Part shown: positions 53,805 through 64,000 of the stretch, one piece after another
How positions within the stretch are numbered: the stretch's first letter is position 1
Layout: the number at the start of each line of letters is the position of its first letter
Source: an uncultured delta proteobacterium
Lineage (GTDB): Bacteria; Desulfobacterota; BSN033; UBA1163
Direction of reading: 5' to 3'
NCBI GenBank assembly: GCA_963708295.1
Contig: CAVPSJ010000007.1
Location: 32,001-96,000, forward strand
Length of the DNA: 64,000 bases
Program-made: the position numbers and the translations under genes
Notes under the pieces: generated by a model
Told to the model about the DNA's origin: nothing
Seen by the model: the letters and a program-made list of their open reading frames with translations, nothing else
The model's database searches: none

Positions 53805-54595
53805 TTTCCACCCTCATAACTCATCACCGCACCGATGGCACCTGCATATTCCGGAAGGTTCAATACGCTTACGTCTTGCTTTAGCAAACCCGGAAGGTGC
53901 TTCATCAGCGCCTTAGATTTGGCTAATCCTCCAGCGACCACGATCTCCTTTTCGAGAAACATCGTTGTGCACATGGCAGCCACGCGTTCAACGATGAATC
54001 TCGAGATAGCATCTGCCACATCTGCCATGTCCACACCCTGGCACATCAGATCAATCGCTTCTGATTCAGCGGACGCGGCGCAGTGAATCGCAACAGAGAC
54101 ATGCTGGGTGGATTGGAGTGCTAATTCAGACAGTTCCTGCTCACTGACCCCGAGAGCTTTGGCCATCGTCGTGTAAAACATGCCCAGACCATCAGCACAT
54201 TTATCATTTTGAATAACGTCGAGGAGATTCCCGTGTTGATCATACCGGATGGCTTTATGTATATTCCCACCGATGTCGATCACCGTCCTTGAATTCTCAT
54301 TAAGGAATAAAGCACCTTTCGCGTCCGCCATGTAATCGGGCACCGTTGTCGTGACGTTGAGCGGCGGTGCCTTCATCCTATCCCTGAAGATTCCAGTAGA
54401 GACGATTCCGGCGAGTTCGCCGCGTGCGACGCCCGCGGTCTCCAAAGCATTTTTGAGTGCGGTTTCAGCCGCAGCGACTACATCAAACCCTGTGGGAGCT
54501 GTGGCATACCCGAGGATTTCTTGTCCCCTCATGAGTACGGCTTTCGTCGTCACATGACCTGCATCGAGTCCAGCCAGAAGTTTTCCCTTATTCAA
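53801..54595 (-). CDS. ASKHA ATPase activator subunit, BzdP/BcrD-like
   Basis: GLDAGHVTTK, DIGG, NDKCADGLG, CAASAESE, GGLAKS, GAIGA. Confidence 0.85.
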   Translation of the reverse strand: MNKGKLLAGLDAGHVTTKAVLMRGQEILGYATAPTGFDVVAAAETALKNALETAGVARGELAGIVSTGIFRDRMKAPPLNVTTTVPDYMADAKGALFLNENSRTVIDIGGNIHKAIRYDQHGNLLDVIQNDKCADGLGMFYTTMAKALGVSEQELSELALQSTQHVSVAIHCAASAESEAIDLMCQGVDMADVADAISRFIVERVAAMCTTMFLEKEIVVAGGLAKSKALMKHLPGLLKQDVSVLNLPEYAGAIGAVMSYEGGK

Positions 54596-55763
54596 GTGGC
54601 ACGACCTCCCGATTTAGTATTTCTAAAAAGGCCTCCAACTGTGTCCCAAATTGAGTGACGGGTAGGGTTGTATCAAGTTCAAAATCAGTCGACGGAATAC
54701 CCAGTTTATCCAGGATAGGCTTCAGTGCCACAATGTCCATCGGTTGAGGGCTGCAAAATCTCTGATAGAGAAATACGACTCCATCCGGCCTGTACTCCTC
54801 GATGAACTGTTGAATGAACCTGAACCTTTTTTTCTCTCCGGTACCAGGAACATTGTCTTTTGCAGGACACGGAATTCTGCTGATGTATCCCTCCGCGATC
54901 GCCTTAAGCTTGTCAGGCCGATCCTCAGGCACCTCAAACCAGAAGTACCGGGTTGCGGTACACGAGTCGACGAAAATCAGGCTTGCCCTGGTGCTGAGAT
55001 GCTCAATTAAATCAAAAATCGCAAGGTCGTCACAAGCCCCTCCCGATACCATCAGCCTGACCCCGGATGGTCCCTTGCCAGGCTGGGCCTCTAATCTCTG
55101 GATAAGCTGCTCGATCAGCGGGTTGCATTCTTGCTTGTCCATCACCTGAGAAGCCAACGTCACGGTCGCGACTTCCGGTCCCGTGATCGGCGGGTGATCG
55201 CGCCGTAGGAACTCCCAAAGCCGTCTCAGGAGCCTTCGGGTGTGATTATAAACTTTAATCGCCTTCTCGAGGTCCTCATCCGTTATAGATTTTTTCACGA
55301 GCCTCTCCAGGAACGGCTTAAACTCTCCGAAAGACTCCACCATGAACGCGGCAGCAGGTTTCGTTTCGATGATATGAGGGTACGGGATGAGGAAGCTTTT
55401 CCCCTGGAATCCTGCAAACCTAATCCAAACATTAAACGCTTCCCCCATATGGATGCAGCTGCTGCTCGTCACGATCAAGTCTAAGAAATCATAGTTGTGC
55501 GCCAACCCTTGGTACGCACAATCATGCGAAAAGGAACAGTAGGTTTCATGCATATAGCTCCGGGTCATGGCTTGTGAAACATGGGAGGTAAGAATTCTCA
55601 CCGGTATCATCCCGGCTGCGTAGAGAATCTCCTCGGGGACATGCGTGCACATATATCCGGCTAACAACTGCCCTCTCTTCTGGAGGGATTTGGCGTATTC
55701 GGGTGGATTCTCAGTGATGACGCGAAAACGTTCGATGATTGCGTCAGAGCTCTTGTGGATCAT
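54588..55763 (-). CDS. 2-hydroxyacyl-CoA dehydratase family subunit, BzdN/BcrC-like
   Basis: GYMCTHVPEEILYAAG, YCSFSHDC, SCIH, DSCTATRYF, PCPAKD, RFCSP, LEAFLE. Confidence 0.85.
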   Translation of the reverse strand: MIHKSSDAIIERFRVITENPPEYAKSLQKRGQLLAGYMCTHVPEEILYAAGMIPVRILTSHVSQAMTRSYMHETYCSFSHDCAYQGLAHNYDFLDLIVTSSSCIHMGEAFNVWIRFAGFQGKSFLIPYPHIIETKPAAAFMVESFGEFKPFLERLVKKSITDEDLEKAIKVYNHTRRLLRRLWEFLRRDHPPITGPEVATVTLASQVMDKQECNPLIEQLIQRLEAQPGKGPSGVRLMVSGGACDDLAIFDLIEHLSTRASLIFVDSCTATRYFWFEVPEDRPDKLKAIAEGYISRIPCPAKDNVPGTGEKKRFRFIQQFIEEYRPDGVVFLYQRFCSPQPMDIVALKPILDKLGIPSTDFELDTTLPVTQFGTQLEAFLEILNREVVPLE

Positions 55764-55884
55764 GGATCATGCACTCCTTTCAGAGATTTCTAAAAAAGCC
55801 TAGAAATCTCTGATGACACCGATTCTTAGCCGATTAGAATTGCGTTGAAAATAAAGAAAAATCTGTGTAATCGTTTTCTGAAAT

Positions 55885-57231
55885 CTACGTAATCAGAGAG
55901 CGAGAATCAGTTTTTCGGAGCTCTCTTTTCTTATGCGCTTCCATGAGATGCACGAACAATTCTGTTTTCCGTTGGGCACCCGGCAAATCCATTTTTCGGA
56001 CATCTACCTGGTCGCTATCGTATTCGATGGTTGGAATCTCGCTTTTAAAAATACGCTGCATCCCTACGTAGCCGTTCCTAAAGTCGGTTTCACAACTACG
56101 GCTGGGCGCTAACAAAAGCCCGTCCGCTTTGTATTCTGTTACCATTGCCCGAGCCATTGATTCGAGTGCCCAGTAGGACCTCACCCCCTGCCAGGTAGGC
56201 CAACCGAGAACGATTTTAACGAGCTCGGTGACGGTCTTCCTCCGGGTGGACAAATCCAGTTCGTCTACCCACGCAGGGTCAAGGGGATCCCATGACCACT
56301 TCCCATCTACCATTCCTCTAAAATTGCCACACGTGCCGAAAGTATAGACGGACGCTACAATCTCGGCTCCGGCGTCTCTAAGAATTCTTGCCATTTCCGG
56401 ATGGCCATAGGTATGTGCTATCCCAAAGTAGACGATCCTATAGCGTTGATCCGGAACCACACTTTGTCTGGTCTCAACCATGCGTTTCACTTCTTCAAGT
56501 AATGCCTCATATAACTGCACACTCTCATCCGTTGTTCTGTCCACCATGGCTGGTGGGAACAGAGCGATCAGTCGACGCTCATCCAACGGCGCGGGCGCAT
56601 GCCTGTTGAGCGCACATATATTCCCCCATAGAACCAGGACCTTGATTTCGTTTCTCGCTGCCTTCATGAACGACTCGTCCGAAAACTCCCTACCCGTCAC
56701 TCTCTCGAGCCAGCGTATTCCCTCCTCTATCTGGTCGCTCAAATAGTTTACAATTTTGGGATCTTTCTCCGCATTTCCCCCGCCGATCATATCTATTGCG
56801 TACATCGGTATGCCACCCAGACGCCTTGAAACTTCCTGGTACCATTTTGAATGCTGACTGCACAAGTGTGTCGTCCAGATCAAATCCGGCCTGGGATACC
56901 CCTCCTTGATTGTTTTATCCGTAATCGCTATCTTATCGCGCACCACTTCCCCTGTGAACAGTTTGAGGTAACTGCACGAGTGAAACCCTAAGCCTGCGGT
57001 CTCGGCAGCTGAAATATCCTCACGGCTCTCTTGAGGGAACGTCCCAGCCGTTGACGCGGCGTGCGGCTCGCCTCCGATGAGATGGACGTCGTCGCCTAAC
57101 CCTTTCAGAGGAGACAACGGGCTCCAGGTAGAGCCCATCACGCGAAGGCCTTCAGAAGCATACAGATAGTTCCTATAGCAGGCACTCTGGTAATTCTTGA
57201 AGTCGCCCCAAGTTGTTAAGGTATAGGCCAT
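55885..57231 (-). CDS. 2-hydroxyacyl-CoA dehydratase family subunit, divergent BzdO/BcrB-like
   Basis: GEPHAA, CSYL, HLCSQHSKWY, WLERVTGREF, PAPLDE, RSCE. Confidence 0.8.
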   Translation of the reverse strand: MAYTLTTWGDFKNYQSACYRNYLYASEGLRVMGSTWSPLSPLKGLGDDVHLIGGEPHAASTAGTFPQESREDISAAETAGLGFHSCSYLKLFTGEVVRDKIAITDKTIKEGYPRPDLIWTTHLCSQHSKWYQEVSRRLGGIPMYAIDMIGGGNAEKDPKIVNYLSDQIEEGIRWLERVTGREFSDESFMKAARNEIKVLVLWGNICALNRHAPAPLDERRLIALFPPAMVDRTTDESVQLYEALLEEVKRMVETRQSVVPDQRYRIVYFGIAHTYGHPEMARILRDAGAEIVASVYTFGTCGNFRGMVDGKWSWDPLDPAWVDELDLSTRRKTVTELVKIVLGWPTWQGVRSYWALESMARAMVTEYKADGLLLAPSRSCETDFRNGYVGMQRIFKSEIPTIEYDSDQVDVRKMDLPGAQRKTELFVHLMEAHKKRELRKTDSRSLIT

Positions 57232-57235
57232 CCTC

Positions 57236-59296
57236 CTAAGCCCTCCGAATAGAACAGAGTTGGGACTTCATCTGCGGATAACCCATGATCGGCTCCCGGC
57301 AATGAACATCGGTCAGGAGATTCACGTTCGCATCCCCCGGCCAGCCGTGGGGAATACTCACCACTCCTTCCATCATGTCCTCCGTGACCAGGGCTTTCAC
57401 TCTGATCTGCCCCCGGTTCGATTCCACCACAACAGGATTTCCATCGATCACCCCGAATTGTCTTGCCGTCTTGGGATGAATCTCTGCGAAGGGCTCCGGG
57501 CACTTCTCTTTCAAATCTTGAATATTTCGATGTTGGCCATGGGTATAATAAAGGATTCGAGCTCCGGTGGTAAGAATCAAAGGATACTTCCGGAATAGTT
57601 GAGAGTCGCCCAGGGGACTCTGATCGGGTTCCCGGTAGGTGGGAAGAGGATCAAATCCCCCTTTCTCAAAGGTTTCAGAATAAATCTCTATCTTCTTGGA
57701 TGGGGTAGAAAAGCCCTTTATCTCGTACCCTTCCATCCCGTACTTCTTCTTCATGTAATAAGCTCCAGCGACCTTCTCCTCCTTCAACTCTTTATAACTG
57801 AGGCCCGACGGCTTCAGTTCAAGCTGCACGACTTCTTCGTCGCTCTCCCACGGGAACACCTCCTTCATGCCCATTCTTTCGGCCAGATTCTTCCAGAATC
57901 TAAATTCCGATCGGCTTTCACCCAACGGCTCGATCGCCTTCTTTCTCAGCATCAGATAGGGCATGCCATGACAGACATTATAGCTGTAGGCCAAGCCGTT
58001 CTTTTCAAAATGAGTGCACCCCGGGAGGACGTAATGGGCCAGCTCGGCTGTCTCGGTCATAAACAGATCAAGAACGACCAAGAGATCAAGTCTTTTCATC
58101 GCCTCCTTGAATGCGTTTGAATCAGGCATGCTCACCACCGGATTTCCTCCGGTGACAATAAGTGATTTGATGACCTTGGGAACGCTATCGGGGAAACAGA
58201 CCACCTGCCCATAAGGGCTCTTCCTCCCCCAAATTTCATAAAAGAGCGGGTAGTCTTCGGCGCCTATCGGAGTTCTGTCAGTGGGAATCCCCAAACCCGT
58301 CAGGGAAAGCCTCGGGCTGATCACCCACCCCCCTGGATTGTTGATATTTCCTGTGATGGTCTGAAGGATCGCGAAGGCTCGGCTGTTCTGGGTTCCGTTC
58401 GCCGTCTGGTCCTGAGTATTCGTGCCCTGAAAGATGCTGGCGCCCTTCGCCGTGGCATAGAGCCGGGCAAGTTTTTTAATATCTGCAGCCGGAACGCGGG
58501 TGATTTTCTCTGCCCAATCGGGTGTATAGGGCTCAATATGGGGCACGAGCTTATCAAATCCAACCGTCCATTTGTCCACAAAATCTTTGTCATAAAGGTT
58601 CTCTTTGATGATGACGTGCATCAGAGCGAGGGCCAGGGCACCATCTGTCCCCGGGCGAATGGGTAGAAACATATCCGCATTCTTGGCCAGAGGAATCCTC
58701 TTCGGATCGATGACGACCAGCTTCGATCCCTTCGCCAGGTTCTCCTGGATGGCTAAATGCAGAGGGAAATCGGACTGCTCCGGATTATGGCCCCAGAGGA
58801 CATAGAGGTTCGTATCCATTTCCTCCACCGGATATTTTCCAAAGGTCATCTGCCTGGATCGAATTCGCATCCGGTAACAAATCCCCTCCACGGAGATAAA
58901 ATTCGGACTGCCGAAAGCCCCTTTGAATCGCTGGGCCATTTCCATCATTTCCAAATTCTCCACTCCGATGGAGCCCGAGAAGATGCTGAGCATCTCCGGC
59001 CCGAACTCCTTCTTCAATTTCTGTAATTGATCGGCAATTTCCGTCAGGGCTTCGTCCCAAGAAATCTTCCTCCATCCCCCCTTCGTTTTTTTGAGGGGAT
59101 ATTTCAGGCGATCAGGATGATAAACCATTTCCATGGCCTTTTGCCCCTTTGGACAGAGTTGCCCCTTGCTCAGCGGATGATCCCTGAGCCCCTCCACCTT
59201 TTTGATTTGTCCATCTTCCACCAGGACATTCATCCCGCAGCTGTGGTAACAAATCGTACAATCAGTCGCAATCCATCGGGAGCTTGAATTTTTCAT
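57236..59296 (-). CDS. Molybdopterin (bis-MGD) oxidoreductase, cytoplasmic, with N-terminal 4Fe-4S cluster
   Basis: CTICYHSCG..LCPKG, HPDRLKYPL, WGHNPE, RPGTDGAL, DLFMTETA, TPSKKIE, PHGW; no Tat signal. Confidence 0.92.
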   Translation of the reverse strand: MKNSSSRWIATDCTICYHSCGMNVLVEDGQIKKVEGLRDHPLSKGQLCPKGQKAMEMVYHPDRLKYPLKKTKGGWRKISWDEALTEIADQLQKLKKEFGPEMLSIFSGSIGVENLEMMEMAQRFKGAFGSPNFISVEGICYRMRIRSRQMTFGKYPVEEMDTNLYVLWGHNPEQSDFPLHLAIQENLAKGSKLVVIDPKRIPLAKNADMFLPIRPGTDGALALALMHVIIKENLYDKDFVDKWTVGFDKLVPHIEPYTPDWAEKITRVPAADIKKLARLYATAKGASIFQGTNTQDQTANGTQNSRAFAILQTITGNINNPGGWVISPRLSLTGLGIPTDRTPIGAEDYPLFYEIWGRKSPYGQVVCFPDSVPKVIKSLIVTGGNPVVSMPDSNAFKEAMKRLDLLVVLDLFMTETAELAHYVLPGCTHFEKNGLAYSYNVCHGMPYLMLRKKAIEPLGESRSEFRFWKNLAERMGMKEVFPWESDEEVVQLELKPSGLSYKELKEEKVAGAYYMKKKYGMEGYEIKGFSTPSKKIEIYSETFEKGGFDPLPTYREPDQSPLGDSQLFRKYPLILTTGARILYYTHGQHRNIQDLKEKCPEPFAEIHPKTARQFGVIDGNPVVVESNRGQIRVKALVTEDMMEGVVSIPHGWPGDANVNLLTDVHCREPIMGYPQMKSQLCSIRRA

Positions 59297-59319
59297 TTCT
59301 CATCCTCCTCGGATATCTC

Positions 59320-59922
59320 CTAGACTCTCTGTGCCTTTCTTGAGGACTCTATTCCATCCATGACCAGTCTGCAAATGTCTTCATAAGAATCCATCAAATC
59401 ATATTTTTCCCCTTTAAGCAGCCACCGGGTAACCACATGTTCTAAGATCCCTAACATCAACTGTCGGATGACGTAAGGGTTCGCATCCTTCCGAAGGACA
59501 TCTTCCTCCTGCCCCTCTTTGATAATTTCCAAAATTTCGCTGGTAGATCCTCTTAAGAAACTGTATGTTTTGGTCTTAACGAAAGTTCTACTCACCCTCA
59601 TCTCAAGCATCAGAATCCTTCCGTATTCCGGGTTCATCTTGAAAAAGTAAAGGTAGTACCAGATGAACTTTCTAATCTTGTTGAAGGGTCCGACCATCCC
59701 TTGGAGGTGCAATTCAAGCTCGGCGCAAAACTCTTTTGTCTTCTCGATAGGGATCGAGAAAAACAAATCTTCTTTATTCCTGAAATATTGGTAAATGGTC
59801 CCTTCCGCAACATTTGCCCTTCGAGCGATTTCAGAGATATTCGAATTTCGGAAGCTCTTTTTCCCGAAGACCTCGATGGCCGCCTGAATAATGGTTTGTC
59901 TTTTCGCAATTTTTTTCGACAT
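59320..59922 (-). CDS. TetR/AcrR family regulator (FadR/YsiA-like)
   Basis: IIQAAIEVF..ISEIARRANVAEGTIYQYFRNKEDL. Confidence 0.93.
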   Translation of the reverse strand: MSKKIAKRQTIIQAAIEVFGKKSFRNSNISEIARRANVAEGTIYQYFRNKEDLFFSIPIEKTKEFCAELELHLQGMVGPFNKIRKFIWYYLYFFKMNPEYGRILMLEMRVSRTFVKTKTYSFLRGSTSEILEIIKEGQEEDVLRKDANPYVIRQLMLGILEHVVTRWLLKGEKYDLMDSYEDICRLVMDGIESSRKAQRV

Positions 59923-59939
59923 AGGAAAAAAGAAAAAAT

Positions 59940-60030
59940 TGAATATTGTTCATTTTTACCACATTACAATTAATCTGTCAAACATTTTAATCTAAAAAAT
60001 ACAATTAGTTATAAAATTGAATTGTATTCA
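59940..60030. promoter_or_regulatory. tetR promoter flanked by two TGAA-N5-TTCA palindromes
   Basis: TGAAtattgTTCA 59940-59952 and TGAAttgtaTTCA 60018-60030; minus-strand TTGACA-N17-TAAAAA between them. Confidence 0.55.
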
Positions 60031-60255
60031 TAAATTATCAAAATTTCCTCCTGCTTCTTGTCCATTGTCTGTCAGTAATTCGGAAGGTTCGTTTCATGAA
60101 TGCTTTGCCAGAGACTCATTGGAGGCCTGCTTGGGAATATTGAGACAAAAATGTGAAAAAAAATGCTTGACAATGTCCTCTTCTACAAATAATAATGACT
60201 CCAATTTCCTAAATATCCTGCCTGTTCACATTTAACATTTTGCGGAGGTGAGAAA

Positions 60256-61444
60256 ATGAAAAGAGTATCGATCATTATGGCTGTACTGTTTTTTGCCGTT
60301 CTTCTTACTGCCAATCTCCTCGCACAGGATCTTCGATTAAGCATTCCCCTACCGCTCACAGGACCCCAGGCAAAATTCGGTGAGATAGAAAAGAATTCCT
60401 ACATCATTGCTATGGAAGAGATCAATACGGCTGGAGGAATAAAGGACAAAAAGGTCGTTCTCGAATTTGAGGACTCTCAGGGGAAACCGGAGATCTCCAG
60501 GGCGATTGCTGAAAAAATCATCGATGTAAAAAAACAGCCCATCATTTTCGGTGAATACAGTTCCTCCTGCTCAAAGGCCATTGCCCCCGTTGGCAGAAGA
60601 GAGGAAAATTCCCTATATGGTGGTCACCGGTGCGACCGATGACATCACCCAGCAAAATTATAAATATGTTTTCCGAATGAATCCAACAAATGCCTATTAT
60701 GCCACCGGAATGATCTCTTTTTTCAGGGAGGTCGTCAAGCCCACGTCGATTGCCGTTCTCTATGAGAGTTCGGATTTCGGCACCTCCGGCGCAGAAGATA
60801 TGATTAAACAGGCTGAAAAATTCCCGCTGAAGGTTTTGGTGAAAGAAAAGTATGAAAAGGGAGCCGTCGATTTTAAGCCGATCCTTTCCAAGGTGAAGGC
60901 CGCAAAACCAGATGTCATTTACATGGTTTCTTACGTCATGGATGCTTCCCTGCTGATGAAACAGATCAAGGAACTCCGAATTGATGCGAAGTTATTTGCG
61001 GGGGGGGCTGCAGGTTTTGCTATACCTGAATTTATAAGCAGTGCCAAAGATGCCTCTGACTATGTCGTCACTGCGACGATCTGGAGTCCTCAAGTCGTTT
61101 ATCCTGGAGCAAAGGAATTTGCGGAAAAGTACAAGAAACTCTATAAAGACTATCCCTCCTATCATGGCGCCGAAGCCTATTCCGCGCTTTACATTATCAA
61201 AGATGTTCTGACGCGGGCAAAGTCTATGGCACCCGATGACATACGGGTAGCGATGAAAGCCACCAATATGATGACTGCATTTGGTCCGATCAAGTTCGAG
61301 GATAAGGAGGGTTATACAAACCAAAACTTCATAGATTCTCTGGTCATGCAAGTGATCAACGGTCAACACGAGACCATCTGGCCACAAAAATATGCCAGCA
61401 AGAAATACATCTTCCCTATTCCAAAATGGAGAGATAGGAAGTAG
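60256..61444 (+). CDS. Branched-chain amino acid-type ABC substrate-binding protein, frameshifted near 60585
   Basis: Signal peptide, PLTGPQA, INTAGGI, GEYSSS, YVFR, DFKPILSKVK, AFGPIKF. Confidence 0.9.
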
Positions 61445-61600
61445 AATTCTCAAATCCAAATATCAAATTCAAAAGGTCAAATGAAGTTCAAATGACAAAT
61501 GGCAAAACATTTTCCTTCTCGAGGAAATGACCAAGGGGAGCTGGGCTTCGGGTTTGAAATTTGGATTTCCTTTGAACTTTGAGTTTTGACATTTGACATT
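61445..61600. repeat. Inverted TCAAAT-type tandem-repeat element filling the spacer between the substrate-binding gene and livH
   Basis: ctcaaatccaaatatcaaattcaaaaggtcaaatgaagttcaaatgacaaatggc ... tttgaaatttggatttcctttgaactttgagttttgacatttgacatt. Confidence 0.85.
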
Positions 61601-61612
61601 GTTTCATCCTAT

Positions 61613-62539
61613 ATGGCAATCCAAATTGAGCTCTTCTTACAGACCCTGATCGCCGGAATCTTACTCGGAGGTCTCTACGCTCTCATCGGCATCGGCATGA
61701 CTCTCATCATGGGCGTGATGAAGATCATTAATCTCGCCCACGGGGAGCTCATGATGGTGGCCATGTATATCTCCTTCTGGCTCTTTACCCTCTTCCATAT
61801 CGATCCTTATGTTTCTGTCCTCGTCGCGGCTCCTGCCATGTTCTTTCTGGGGATTGGCCTCCAGAAGTTCCTGATCAACCCTGTGCTAAGGGTGGAATCG
61901 ATCCTGCCGGAGAATCAGGTGATCCTCACGGTGGGCATCGGGATGGTTCTGGCTAACTTAGCCACCATATTCTTTACATCCAACTACCGTTCCACCCCTG
62001 TGGATTATGCGACAAAGGCCTTCTATTTGACCGACTTCTGGAAAGATGCTCCCATTGAACTCTCTCTCTCCATGGCATGGTCCTTGTCTTTTCTCATTGC
62101 AGTTGCTATTACGATTCTCCTTTGGTTCTTTCTAACACGGACAGACACCGGCAAGTCGATTCGGGCAACGGCGCAGGATCTCGATGCCGCCCTTCTCATG
62201 GGTGTCAATGTGAGAAGGATGAGGGTCGTTACGTTTGGGATCGGATGTGCCTTAGTCGGGGCCGCAGGCTGTCTTTTTCTTCCCATCTACTATCTCTTTC
62301 CTTCCCTGGGCGGACAATTCACCCTGATTGCCTTTGTGATCACCATCCTCGGTGGACTCGGATCAACAAATGGAGCCATTATCGGAGGGGTCATCCTGGG
62401 AATCTTTGAATCCATGACAGCGACCTATCTCGGCATGGGATGGGCACCTGTGGGGAGGTTTCTCATCTTCGTCGCAGCCCTGGTCTTCCTGCCAGGTGGC
62501 GTCGCATCGCTCTTACAAAGCAAGAAACTCGGAAAATGA
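61613..62539 (+). CDS. livH: Branched-chain amino acid ABC permease
   Basis: GGLYALIGIGMTLIMGVMKIINLAHGE, TGKSIRATAQD, ILGGLGS. Confidence 0.92.
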   Translation: MAIQIELFLQTLIAGILLGGLYALIGIGMTLIMGVMKIINLAHGELMMVAMYISFWLFTLFHIDPYVSVLVAAPAMFFLGIGLQKFLINPVLRVESILPENQVILTVGIGMVLANLATIFFTSNYRSTPVDYATKAFYLTDFWKDAPIELSLSMAWSLSFLIAVAITILLWFFLTRTDTGKSIRATAQDLDAALLMGVNVRRMRVVTFGIGCALVGAAGCLFLPIYYLFPSLGGQFTLIAFVITILGGLGSTNGAIIGGVILGIFESMTATYLGMGWAPVGRFLIFVAALVFLPGGVASLLQSKKLGK

Positions 62540-63480
62540 AAAAAGGTCTATGTCTTATCATTCTTCTTATTTTGCTCGCCGTCTTACCACTGATCGGTCT
62601 GAGCTCCTACATGATGCACATCGTGGTTCTGGTCATCATCTATTCGATGGTTGGAATGGCATGGAATCTCCTTGGCGGATACTGCGGCCAGGTCTCTTTT
62701 GGCCATGCGGCCTATTTTGGCGTTGGGGCCTATACTGCAGGTATCCTATACTCCAAACTTGGAATCTCAGCCTGGTGGGGGCTAGCCTTCAGTATTTTGG
62801 TAGTGACGGCCCTTTCCCTAATCATAGGTTTTATCTGCCTGAGGTTAAGAGGCCCTTATTTTGCCCTGGGCACCCTTGCGATGGGAGAGGTGCTGAGAGT
62901 AACGGCTGAAAATCTTGTGAAATTCACAGGAGGGGATGTCGGAATAATGATCCGGGAACGGACCTGGGTGGGAAAGACATGGTACTATTATATTATTCTG
63001 CTATTAGCCATTGGAACTTATCTCTTAATTAAGAAGGTGATCGAATCCAAACTCGGGTACTACTTTGTATCCATTCGGGAGGATCAGGACGCGGCGGAAT
63101 CGATGGGAATAGACACCACCGCTTATAAAACCATCGCCCTTTGTCTGAGTGGTGCCATCACAGGAATTGCTGGCGCATTCTATACCAACTATATGGGATA
63201 TATCGACCCGAAAGTCGTCTTCAGCCTTCATGATATCTCCATCGTCACCATTATGGTTGTGATGGTGGGAGGCGTGGCCACGTATTCGGGGCCAACCATT
63301 GGAGCCATCATCATGGTCTTTCTAGCCGAATTGATCAGGTCGAATCCCAGCCTCGGAGCGGCTCATCAAACCCTCTTTGGAATTCTACTTATCTTCATCA
63401 TTATCTTTTTGCCGAACGGAATCGTTGGAGATTTCCCCAAATTGGCAAAGATTTTCAAAATTGGGAGACCCTCCTCATGA
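62536..63480 (+). CDS. livM: Branched-chain amino acid ABC permease
   Basis: [47 protein letters not shown]. Confidence 0.92.
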   Translation: MKKGLCLIILLILLAVLPLIGLSSYMMHIVVLVIIYSMVGMAWNLLGGYCGQVSFGHAAYFGVGAYTAGILYSKLGISAWWGLAFSILVVTALSLIIGFICLRLRGPYFALGTLAMGEVLRVTAENLVKFTGGDVGIMIRERTWVGKTWYYYIILLLAIGTYLLIKKVIESKLGYYFVSIREDQDAAESMGIDTTAYKTIALCLSGAITGIAGAFYTNYMGYIDPKVVFSLHDISIVTIMVVMVGGVATYSGPTIGAIIMVFLAELIRSNPSLGAAHQTLFGILLIFIIIFLPNGIVGDFPKLAKIFKIGRPSS

Positions 63481-64000
63481 GTTTGCTCGAAATCAAACGG
63501 ATCTCAAAGCAATTCGGGGGACTTGCAGCCCTCACCGATGTGTCATACTCCGTCAATAAAGGCGAGATTCTCGGGCTGATCGGTCCCAATGGCGCAGGCA
63601 AGACAACCCTGTTCAACGCGGTGAATGGATATTATCCCCCAACAAGTGGGGAGGTTCTTTTCAAAGGAGAGAAAATATCTCATTTGAAGCCCCATCAGAT
63701 TTGCAAATTGGGAATTGGAAGGACCTTTCAGGTCGTAAGACCTTTAAAAAGAATGACCACTCTTGACAATGTCATTGCTTCCGCATTTCTTCGGGCAAAG
63801 GATAAGGTCGAAGCAGAGGCGATAGCGACGGAGACCCTCCGGTTCACCGGCATTTATGAAGACCGGAATGTCCTATCCAAGGGGCTGCCCCTTGGGAAAA
63901 GAAAGAAGCTTGAGATTACGAGGGCCCTTGCCACAAGACCCGAGATGCTCCTTCTGGATGAGTCCTTTGCCGGGCTCAATCCTTTCGAGCAGAACGAGCT
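63477..64000 (+). CDS. livG: ABC transporter ATP-binding protein (truncated by window end)
   Basis: [41 protein letters not shown]. Confidence 0.9.
   Translation, partial: MSLLEIKRISKQFGGLAALTDVSYSVNKGEILGLIGPNGAGKTTLFNAVNGYYPPTSGEVLFKGEKISHLKPHQICKLGIGRTFQVVRPLKRMTTLDNVIASAFLRAKDKVEAEAIATETLRFTGIYEDRNVLSKGLPLGKRKKLEITRALATRPEMLLLDESFAGLNPFEQNE

Noticed and set aside
48521-59296. Selenocysteine recoding in the FeS or molybdopterin enzymes
   Set aside because: The frames are open with Cys at the expected positions and no in-frame TGA

Overview
About 50% GC bacterial window, most consistent with an anaerobic deltaproteobacterium (Desulfobacterota-like; inferred from gene content only). From left to right it holds: an accessory block (aldo/keto reductase, HEAT-repeat methyltransferase, a dynamin-like GTPase pair plus a tail-anchored protein behind a sigma54-type promoter); housekeeping genes (argJ, secA, CapA-like, M23 peptidase, pmbA, fabH, alr, thiF, bactofilin, short ArgA, recN, nadK, core methionine synthase); a glycosylation locus ending in a TMTC-like GT-C enzyme with two TPR modules; beta-oxidation genes; outer-membrane protein genes; an FAD/FeS/FAD oxidoreductase trio; a TetR - molybdoenzyme - class I aryl-CoA reductase-like - creatininase cluster; and a Liv-type ABC transporter. 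Many genes between about 28.6 and 50 kb, and one at 60.6 kb, are broken by single-base indels that look like long-read errors. The most unusual signal is a dispersed family of intergenic inverted arrays of 6-8-nt tandem repeats that begin at upstream stop codons. One member has perfect 27-bp arms, encloses a four-helix-bundle (23S-IVS-protein/Avd-like) gene, and runs exactly from one host gene's stop codons to the next gene's ATG. No rRNA, tRNA, CRISPR array, transposase or integrase was recognised. All calls come from reading the sequence; no database searches were run.
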